A DNA stretch of 36,726 nt from Chrysochromulina tobinii. Its lineage: Eukaryota. The position numbers and the translations under genes are program-made. This document shows positions 9,801-17,592 of the stretch, piece by piece (position 1 is the first letter of the stretch; every line of letters begins with the position of its first letter). The DNA lies in the NCBI GenBank assembly GCA_001275005.1, contig JWZX01002242.1, forward strand, positions 1 to 36,726, given 5' to 3'. The notes below the pieces were generated by a model that made no database searches, had not been told where the DNA came from, and worked only from the letters and a program-made list of their open reading frames with translations.

Positions 9801-11578
9801 ATGTCGAAGCCCTCAGGCGGTGCGAGCAGCGTGACCCCTATGTGCACAGAGCGGTCGTTGTGCGCTGAGCGCATCTTGATGATCGCGGGCGATCCAGGGA
9901 GCCCTTCGGCGAGCAGCCGCGGTGACGTGCTCACGAGGGACGCGAGCCCGTCCTGCGAGGCCGCGAGCACCACCGGCTGCGATGCCTCGACGGTGACATG
10001 AAGCTCATGGAGCGCGGCCACGCGGATGACATAGAAGTACATGAGCGGCAGCAGCGCTTCTGAGATCACCGTGCCATCGGCAGTCCCGTTGCGTGCGCCG
10101 ATCGGCACCATAGAGGGCGCGAGCGCTCCTGTGGAACCACTGCCGCTCTCGGACGCGTCGTCGGCCACCTTGGCGTCGGCCGTCTTGGTGGCGGTGGCAG
10201 CTGCAGGCGCGCTACCTGCGGGCACCCGCACGATGCGGTTTTCGTTTGGCTGCAGCCGCGTCACCGAGATGGGTTGCGAGTGCACCACGAAGCGGAAGCG
10301 ATCGGCCGACGGGTGCAGCGCGACGTTCCGCAGCGACAGCAGTAGCGGTGAGTCGAGGCCGCTGTCGACGATGAGGCGCTGCAAGCAGAGAGACGAGGGG
10401 GCGAGGGGATGAGCGAGGAGCGAGGGAGGGATGGAACGCATGGGCAGCACCCGTGAGGGCAATCTCGTGGAGGCGCGGGCAACGCGATCAGGGAGACGTG
10501 CCGGCTGCTGCTGTCGCACCTGATACGAGCAGATCTCGACGCCGCACTCGACGGGCAGGGCCCAGTGCGCCTCCTGGAAGCCAGCGGAGGCGCTCGAGTA
10601 CGAGAGGAGGAGCACGGGTTGCCCCGAATCGTGCGAGAGCGCCCCGAGCAGCACCTTCTGCCCGCGGGGCAACCCTGCTGTCGCCACCTGATAGTGATAC
10701 ACCTCCCGTGGCTCTGAGGACGTGAGCTGCAGGTGGCGGTGTAGCGAGGCCACGGGCCGCCCGAGCGGTAGCACGACCCTCTCGACGTTGGCGTCGCCGT
10801 CGAGTGAGGGCAGCAGCGGCAGCGGCGAGGACGCTTCGCTAGGCTCCTCGGGCTCGTCGGGCACCAGTAGCTCGCCGCTCTCGACGATGCGCACGCTGCA
10901 GCTGCCGCTCTTGCGCTTGCGCTGCGCTGCGTCGTGCATGTCCTTGAGCACGTCGTGCCCCTGCACCACCTCGGCGACCGCCACATGACGCTGCGCGGGG
11001 TCCCAATCGTGCCGCGCCAGCATCAGGCCCGAGGTGAGGGCCCTACGCGACCGCGCACCGTCCACCTCCTCCTGCGGCGTCGGCAGCTGCGGGTCCAGTG
11101 GGTTCACGGCTCCATCCCCGTCCTCGTGTAGCGTCAGGAGAAGAGACTGGGCGACGACGCGCGCGTCAGCTTTTTCACGCTCGCGCGCCTGCAGGCGCTG
11201 CTGCTCGACCGGCGGCCAAGATTCTCTGGTACTACCTGCAGCCAGCAGCGGCAGTGCCACCGTACCGTTGCGCCGCCAGAAGCGCGTGGAGAGCGCCGCA
11301 GGTGACTCGCTGCCGTGCGCCCGGTCCATGCACAGGCCGAGAAGTTCTCTCCCTCGTAATAGCTCGAAGAGAGGTCGTTGCACGCCCTCGAGGGCTGGAA
11401 CTGCAAAAACGACCCGCCGTGGGCCGCCGCGTGTGCCTGCCTGCTGCTCGAGGAAGCCGAGACGCGGCGCCGACGTGGGCTGACTGTGGTGCTCAGGCGG
11501 TACCACGGGTGACCTCTGAGAGCTCACGGAGGGCGCGGCAGGCAGGGAGATGAGAAGAAGGAGCTGTGCAGCCTTCAT
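6845..11578 (-). CDS. Large type-I membrane protein: signal peptide, ~690-aa luminal region, TM helix, low-complexity cytoplasmic tail with RRM
   Basis: 1577-aa ORF. Signal peptide MKAAQLLLLISLPAAPSVSS. TM helix IGGIVLVLGLVALGGLAVV at ~9378-9437. RRM-like segment VVWVAPL..SEEPLRTAFAPWGEV...GAAFVYL.SAEAC...VLGRQLVVRAA at ~8112-8345. In-frame introns cannot be excluded. Confidence 0.8.
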   Translation of the reverse strand: MKAAQLLLLISLPAAPSVSSQRSPVVPPEHHSQPTSAPRLGFLEQQAGTRGGPRRVVFAVPALEGVQRPLFELLRGRELLGLCMDRAHGSESPAALSTRFWRRNGTVALPLLAAGSTRESWPPVEQQRLQAREREKADARVVAQSLLLTLHEDGDGAVNPLDPQLPTPQEEVDGARSRRALTSGLMLARHDWDPAQRHVAVAEVVQGHDVLKDMHDAAQRKRKSGSCSVRIVESGELLVPDEPEEPSEASSPLPLLPSLDGDANVERVVLPLGRPVASLHRHLQLTSSEPREVYHYQVATAGLPRGQKVLLGALSHDSGQPVLLLSYSSASAGFQEAHWALPVECGVEICSYQVRQQQPARLPDRVARASTRLPSRVLPMRSIPPSLLAHPLAPSSLCLQRLIVDSGLDSPLLLSLRNVALHPSADRFRFVVHSQPISVTRLQPNENRIVRVPAGSAPAAATATKTADAKVADDASESGSGSTGALAPSMVPIGARNGTADGTVISEALLPLMYFYVIRVAALHELHVTVEASQPVVLAASQDGLASLVSTSPRLLAEGLPGSPAIIKMRSAHNDRSVHIGVTLLAPPEGFDITVSTRPAPVQPAVDLAELTAELEAAGVLDGLTSAERQSIIQQVHAEEQVLSRISIPGRATAQRLTGDAVFGVAAAFGDPTSWGDPGWESVAGSVAAGSWGAASGLGGRRGSDADGSLSFASIGGIVLVLGLVALGGLAVVQWQQQQQNAVAGVLSAAASQPRGSAAKGEAAVGGGKAGRKGGGGGGHAKNGSAHPKNGSTIAHADDKPAATAERPAVAGAGIDDSSSTASSSSTSSATSSHSALSGNGLRQRRCSEEGAAETPRRAGAKSGKEISKEPSGAKEAAANEAAAKDAKAATTKTDIRERAVNTSTAAGEVPSGEGERRGGGDKGSGAGGAVGSGAGSGAGGGAATKGGTRREQERLADEEKRAGEEREEPWQLSAKGATARKAARNSFASPSAADKPASSTTAKPSPAAEAAPAAEAARSSATDGRARKGSAGAVSPPSAAPVAAPVTTPERAAAPAATVDARAGTATVGLSHGDATPHVVWVAPLCSAALDSEEPLRTAFAPWGEVAGWRLLTTNGAAFVYLRSAEACRALLAHVHANGRPPSVLGRQLVVRAAIVSQDGTALLPGTPATALLPGMTAAVGGVASAGVAATPIGAYASSLYAGAPNRSASSESTPTGFATGFGSAVNRAHSAVNSHPTPTPTPSPSSTAKPTPIPMLMPMPMPSTSLFANPNAKPADYRQALNPSAPPAAYPALAGAAAGTSPLATAPPAHLAHLLSPTHPLPAARTTTSGAAGLGLGLGLPGVGGYGLPGAAPSTAGAAGPTLDSSRPWSSAAAAGGSMGGGVGGGVGGSMGGGVGGGVGGGVGGGVGGGVGGSAVGGGGGGSGSHGLWAGGWQGLATSTSTWQPSLQPPLGTVPSSLVTPSLPSIGPSAALGAGTPQATWGAGSGLNWSPLSTAAVFPAQLAAALPAANLPPPADCASGLTSGGGGGSSLLASSLNPLLQSSMLGVPSRLPSRPTPSGFDDDGMRQRAADWGAS
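7338..7448 (-). repeat. Coding 12-bp tandem repeat (GGGV/GGSM)n
   Basis: About 9 units of CCCACGCCGCCG / CCCATGCTGCCG on the + strand. Confidence 0.85.
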
Positions 11579-11822
11579 TGCAGGTGAGAATGATTGGGCT
11601 CAAGTTCATTCACAACACACCATAAGTTCACCACAGCGCGTGTGAGTCAGATTCGCTCAGCTAACTCGCTTGATTTCTCGTCATCCTCAATCGCTCCGTC
11701 AAAACACGTTCATTCTTTGGGAGATCATCTCTTTCCCCACAGCACGCTGTTTGACGCTCGGGCAATGCCGCTTCGCTTGTCAATGAGAGGAGAGGTGTTC
11801 ACTCGGCAGGGAGATCATTCTC

Positions 11823-12950
11823 ATGCTCGTTCGTGTCACGAATTACAAGGTTGGCGTCGCCGCGAGTGCGGCGGCCTTGGCCGCCTACTCCGCCCGCCGC
11901 CCGCCAACCCTGAACGAGCGTGCCTCCTCCTCGAGCGCCTCCTCGAGCGCCTCCTCGTCCAGCGCCTCAACGCTTGAAAACCTCTCACGCGTCTGGGCAC
12001 CGCCACCCTTCTCCTCCACCGCACCGAGTCGCTTTGATCTATCGACGTACGTGGGCCGAGCTCTGCACTATCTGGACACATTGGGAGACCTATCGATGCT
12101 CACTGTCGACCAAACACGTTGGGCGGCGAGCAAAAGGCTGCTGCATGAGCATGCCTCTGGCCAGGGCGAAGGCGCCGCCGCTTCAGACGCACAGCTTTGG
12201 CGTGCACGCAAGATCGAGGCCGCGTGCGTACACCCCGAAACGGGCGTGCTCGTGCCGGCGCCCTTTCGCTTCGCGGCCTTTGCGCCCGTCAATCTCTTCA
12301 TCTGCTCGGGGCTGCTGTGGGCGAGCGGCGTCAGCTTGCGCGCCTCTGCCTTCTTTCAGTGGTTCAATCAGAGTTACAACGTTGGCGTGAACCACTGCAA
12401 CCGCTCGAGCGCTTCGCCGCCTCCCGAACGCCTCGCGGCGGCCTACATTTGTGCGACACTCTCGTCGGTCGGCATCGCTCTTGGCCTTCAGCACCTTGGC
12501 GCGAGACACCTACACGGCCGTGGACGTCTGCTCCAGCTCACAGTACCTATGCTCGGGGTCTCCGTGGGTGCCATCGTGAACCTGATGCTCACGCGCAGCC
12601 AGGAGCTGCAGAACGGCATCCCCGTCACCGATGCCGACGGCCGCGAGCTCGGTACCTCGGAGCTCGCGGCTCAGTACGGTCTCGGGCAGTGCGCAGCCAC
12701 GAGGGTCGCATGGACTGTCGCGCTGCTCACGCTCGCGCCCGTGGCATCGACCGCCGCGCTGCGCGTGCTACCAGCTGGCCTGCCGAGGAGCATCGCCGCT
12801 GTCGTCGACGTGGGATCCACGTTTGGTGTCATTTGGATCTCCGTGCCGCTGTGCATTGCCATCTTTCCACAGCACACTGACCTTCCGGGGACGCGTGTCG
12901 AGGAGCGCTTTGCGGCGCACGAGCGCGTGTTCTTCAACAAAGGCTTGTGA
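11823..12950 (+). CDS. SFXN: Sideroflexin (mitochondrial Mtc/tricarboxylate carrier family)
   Basis: Motifs are RFDLSTYVGR, QLWRARK...HPETG..VP.PFR, FQWFNQSYN.GVN..NR, P.CIAIFPQ and the diagnostic C-terminus FFNKGL. 375 aa. Confidence 0.95.
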   Translation: MLVRVTNYKVGVAASAAALAAYSARRPPTLNERASSSSASSSASSSSASTLENLSRVWAPPPFSSTAPSRFDLSTYVGRALHYLDTLGDLSMLTVDQTRWAASKRLLHEHASGQGEGAAASDAQLWRARKIEAACVHPETGVLVPAPFRFAAFAPVNLFICSGLLWASGVSLRASAFFQWFNQSYNVGVNHCNRSSASPPPERLAAAYICATLSSVGIALGLQHLGARHLHGRGRLLQLTVPMLGVSVGAIVNLMLTRSQELQNGIPVTDADGRELGTSELAAQYGLGQCAATRVAWTVALLTLAPVASTAALRVLPAGLPRSIAAVVDVGSTFGVIWISVPLCIAIFPQHTDLPGTRVEERFAAHERVFFNKGL

Positions 12951-13652
12951 AATCTTCGTAGACTTGTGCCCGACCCTGAGCTCGCACGCGCGCGCGCACC
13001 CAGCGCGCAACCCGGTGGTTGCGCGCTCCCGCTGCGGGGTCGGGCCCCTAGTGCTTAGGGCCGTCGGTTAGTGCTGCGCCGGACCGCCGGAGGTGCAGGT
13101 GGCCTCTCCAAGGCTCCTCCCTCCCCCGCTCACTGCGCGCTGCCGCTGGCGCTGGCCGGCCGGGGCGACGGACTGGGCCGGACTGCCCCCGCCGAAGTTT
13201 GTCATTTCTGGGCTTTCTTGTTTATAACAGTGAACGCAAGACACAGACTCGGACTGTGACCGTCCCGCGCGACCGCGGACACCCGCGCCGGCCGGCTCCG
13301 GTCCCGCTCCCGGCGCGAGCGGCCCTGCATAGACCAAATCAGAAATCTCTTCATTTGTCATTTCCTGTTAAAAAAGCCATCAGCAACCACACAGACATTC
13401 ATAGTTTACCAGATATGGCGCCGCAAGTTGCCCCTACGGCTTACCACTACGGCCGTCGGTCCGGCCAGGACGCAGGGAGCAGGTCGCTCCGTCCAGACAC
13501 AACTCGACTAGAGAAGCGACAGTGCAGCCCTCGCGGCCTCGGCTCGGGCCGGTCTCTTAGATCTCGTCCCCGCGTCACAAAGGGCGTCGCCCCTGCTCTC
13601 ATTCGCCAAGCCGCATGTGTGGGGGGGTCCAACGAAGCGCACCTAAGCACGC

Positions 13653-14566
13653 CTACTCCGCGGCCGATGCGTCCTTCTTCTGCGCAAAGTAGGAGTCGAG
13701 ATCATCATCGAGGCCACCCGAAGTAGGTGCCTTGCCCTTGCCCTTGCCCTTGCCGCCGCCGCCGCCGCTTTTCTTGGCGGGCGCGTCGCCATCGCCGCCA
13801 TCGCCGCCATCACCGCCCTTGCCCTTGAAGTACGAGTCCAGGTCGTCGTCGAGATCCGACGCTGATCGACTGTGAGACGCACACGTGAGTGATGGGGACC
13901 CTTAGGTAGCAAACGCACGGGTCGGCTTGTGGCACTGGGCGGTGGTACTCACGGCTTGCTGCCCTTGCCCTTTCCGCCCTTGCCCTTGCCCTCGCCCTTT
14001 CCGCCGCCCTTTCCGCCGCCCTTGCCACCGCCCTTGCCGCCACCTTTGCCACCGCCTTTGCCGCCGTCGGACCGCACGATGAGCTCGCGCTCGCCGAGCA
14101 TCGAACCATTCAGCGTGTTGATGGCCTCCTGTGCGCTCTCCGGGTCGTTGTAGCGCACAATGCCGAAACCGCGCGAGCGGCCATCTTCGCCCGTCTTGAC
14201 ATCTGCACGGCAATCACCAGCCCCACTCCTGCAGGTACCGAGAAGGAATCAACGCGCCGCAGCCGGCGTTTTGCGCGACGATGGGAGTCAAAGAAGTGCA
14301 GCCCGGCCGGGCGGCACGACAGCTTTTGGAAGTGAAGAGTTTCAGCGGAGCAGAGGCGTATTGGAGTGCGTGCAGCGCGTGAGAAAGCGAGGTTTCGCCT
14401 ACATGTGGTCCTTCAGCTCTTTCCACGTGACATCGTAAGGCAGGTTGCCCACATAAACCGCGCAGCCATCGTCGTCACCGCCGCCGCCGTTGCCGCCACC
14501 GTAGCCGCCGCCGCCGTACGGAGAGGGCCGCGACGAGCCACGCTCGCGCCCACCGCGCATCGCCAT
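13653..14566 (-). CDS. ALYREF/CHTOP-like mRNA export adaptor: RGG N-terminus, one RRM, two LDDDLDSYF (UAP56-binding/FoP) motifs; 3 exons
   Basis: Exons are 14566-14403, 14228-13953 and 13869-13653 (657 nt, 218 aa). The spliced RRM reads VYVGNLPYDVTWKELKDHMSGAGDCRADVKTGEDGRSRGFGIVRYNDPESAQEAINTLNGSMLGERELIVRSD. It is followed by GGK repeats, SDLDDDLDSYF and GLDDDLDSYF. Both introns are GT...CAG and restore the frame. Confidence 0.9.
13870..13952 (-). other. Intron 2 of RRM/ALYREF-like gene (83 nt)
   Basis: AAGCC|GTGAGT ... CTCACAG|TCGA; removal opens the exon carrying the two LDDDLDSYF motifs. Confidence 0.9.
14229..14402 (-). other. Intron 1 of RRM/ALYREF-like gene (174 nt)
   Basis: CACAT|GTAGGC ... 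CTGCAG|GAGT; removal joins the RNP2 and RNP1 halves of the RRM. Confidence 0.9.
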
Positions 14567-15417
14567 TATGTTTGCCGAGACGGCGCGACTCGGCGCTCGG
14601 GTCTGTCGAGTACGCCTCACCTCTCATTCACAAGTGCAGAGAGCAAGCAAGCAAGGAAACAAAGCATTTCGACTAATTAGCTTGCTTGCTTGAAGAGAGC
14701 GAAGTGGCATTGTGCCCGAGTGTCAAACAGCGTGCTCGGTGCTGTGTGTGGAGAAACGGTGAAAGAGAGGTGTTCATTACACTCGACAGCCTCGTGGTAC
14801 TCTAGCTATTCTAGCAAGCAAGGAAGAGCGCACTTTTTAGAGCTCATAGAGTCTTACTCTTAGACTTATTAGTCTTTGCTTGCTTTTCACCAATATCCTC
14901 CACATGCCAACGTAACGCTAACGGTACGTCCTGTGCTCGCCAAACGGTTATCGATGTCGCGTAGATGTCGCGCGACGAGCTTTCGTTTGTCGGCGTACGG
15001 CGACCTCCACCTCGCACATCTTGTCAGACTTCACACTATACATGTACACACATGTTCGACTGTTGAACTCCACTAGACGTAGACCACTACCGTCTTCGGT
15101 CGACGGACGTGGGCAGACACTGTGTACACCAAGCTCCAAGGCTCACGTAGAGACACATGAACACCCAAGGCAAACACCTCCACAACGTAATCTCTCTCGC
15201 GCGCTCTGTTCGTGCGTCTGCTCTGCGTGACTGTGTCACTGTGAGTTCTGCACACCCATCTGCCGCACAGGTATGTAGAGGTATGGTGGGAGGTATGTCT
15301 CTTGCTCACTGCCTCACTCTTTGCGCTCCTTCCTCTTCTCTGCTCTCTCGCACCTGATCTTGCTCAACATTCACGGCGAGCGATGGGGCCCTTGGGCATC
15401 ATGACATTAAATGCCTC

Positions 15418-16961
15418 TCAACCAAAGAGCAAGCCAGTGTCAGCTGCATGCGCTGCAAGGGTCTCGCCCGAGAGAAGGGCTCTCGCCGGCGCCGGGCGGT
15501 TCGCTTTCGGCTTTCGCAAGGTGGAAGTGAGTTGGTACGACGAGGGCGAGCGGCTCAACAAGCGGACTGGTACGCCCGTGTCCGAATAGCCGTGGAGATC
15601 AGTCGCGCCCACCGGTGAGCCGAGCGCGCGACTCGGGCCGCGGCTTGGCGACGCCAGGTTACCCGTTCCAAGGCAGGCCCGAGAACCCGGCGAGCCGTTA
15701 GAGCCGGGGCCCAGGCTCGGCCGCCACGGGGTAGGGGAGCCGTGCTGCGCACGGCTCGGCGAGGGGTGTGGGGGGAAGTGCTCGACAGAGTCGACCCTTG
15801 AGAATCGACCATCAAAGGACGATTGCGAGTAGGCGCTCATCGGACGCTCGATTGAGTACATGGTGATGCGGCCGCCTGCGCAAGAGGGGGGCGGGGGGGG
15901 TGCACAGTATACACATCCAGTGCCAGGCCAGTGGTGAGTCTGTTGCAGTCCACAGGCGCGCAGGCGGTAGAACACAGAGGGTGGCGCCGACCCGGCAGCC
16001 ATGACGCACCTTCATGCTCGACCTTCGTTTTGGGCACGCTGCGCGGGATGGAATTCGGGCCCATCGGCTGCACGTAGGCCGCACGCAGCGGGCCCGACTT
16101 GGGTGGGGGTCCGAAGGCCGTTCCTCCACCCGAGGATGGAACCACCTTGCTCTCGCGCCACTCGCGGTCGATGCCGCCAATAGTGCCAAGGAAATCCTTG
16201 CTGTTCAGGCTGCCAAAGACGTTGGCGAGGGGCGGGTCGGCGCACGCGTCTGCAAGCTGGCGCAGCGGCTTGCGCGATGGCGATCGGTTGCGGTCCGTGT
16301 AATAATGTTTCTCGGCGCCATCCTGCAGCTCGTGGCCGTAGCAGCTGTGGCGTGATGCCTCGACCCATGGCTTCCGGTCTGCCTGTGCGTTTGCCTTGTC
16401 TAGCTGCGAGTGGAATTCATGGTCCTGCGCGGTCGTCGCCTTGTTCCAGAAAGCCTGCGGCGGCAGGCCTCTCGACCTCGGGCTGGTCGCCGGGCGCGAC
16501 GCACGGGTTTGGTCAGCGTAGCTGCCCGGCGTGAGCTTAAAGATGGGCTCCGCTCCGTGCGGCGCCGGGTGGAGCACGCCACGGTCCGCGGTTTTGCCAT
16601 GGCTTCCGCCGAGCAGCTTCTCATTCCTCTTCTGAAGCGACTTCTGATAAGTAAATGAATTTCCCTGCGCGCCACCAATCGTCGTAGGAATCGTGTATTG
16701 TGGACCGGGCGAGAAGTGCCCCCTCATCTCGCGCATGTGGTCATTGCTGATGAAACGCATCTCATCGACACGCGCGCGACTCAGCTTCTGCGAGTCGTAT
16801 TTGGGCGGTGGGCCCCACGTTGGGCGTGCCTTTTGCTTGGCAGCATCGGCGAAGCACATTCCGGGCAAATGGTACATTCCGGGCCCAGGAGAGATCAGGC
16901 CTCTTATGAGTGGCACGCCAAGAATCACCTCCGTGTGCAACGCCGAGATCCGCTCGTCCAT
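15418..16961 (-). CDS. Pro/Ser-rich protein with SHIPPO/STPG-like (SPGP.xY) repeats, probable flagellar/axonemal protein; 2 exons
   Basis: Exons are 16961-16010 and 15875-15418 (469 aa). Intron 15876-16009 is GAAG|GTGCGT...TTGCGCAG|GC with a C-rich tract. Motifs are ISPGPGMY, RFISNDH..E..G.FSPGPQY and LTPGSY. Confidence 0.7.
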
Positions 16962-17592
16962 CGGGTCGAACACTCGCGACACACGCGACACGGATGTAGA
17001 TGCGCGATCCGGACGACAGGAAGTGACGTCAAAGTGGCACAGCTGCTGACCGACGCCGCAGGCTCTTGAAACTTCTGTGGTCGAGTCAGGAGGCCCGAAA
17101 TTACCGGACAGAACTTTCTCGAAGAGACCAAATTGCATGCTAACGAGCAAAACCGCAACCAACTTGCCCATACTCCAAGCAACTTCATCGTGTAGATCCG
17201 GGTGTAGATCTCCGCTGTGGAACGAAGCGCCCTAGTTTCTCCGAAAATAAGCCCGAAACTAGAAGGGTGCGCGGGGCTGCGGGTACATCGGGCCCCAATG
17301 CTTCCACCATATTTGGCGGGCGCCAGAGTCTCGATGCACCTGTGTAGAGCAGGGATGATCACGAGGGCCTCGCCGTACAGTACGTACCTGTATGTCATTT
17401 AGCTCTGAGCGCTTCACCATGTCATGTTCCTTCCAAGGGTTCCTTCTAATACTGGTGCTCCTTCAGCGGCGAGCGGCCCGTGAGAAAAAAGGCCGCGCCG
17501 AAGCGCGACTCTCAGCATTAACAGTTGAGTGTCACATGACGGAAACCTTGAGCGGGTTGTGAAGCACGTTCACGTACGATTGTTCACACGAG

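Noticed and set aside
14700..15410. Short ORFs in the lower-GC spacer between the ALYREF-like and SHIPPO-like genes
   Set aside because: No coding bias, motifs, TIRs or RNA-gene structure were recognised.
16925..17398. 157-aa minus-strand ORF upstream of the SHIPPO-like gene
   Set aside because: No recognisable motif, and it lies in the divergent promoter region. It cannot be supported.
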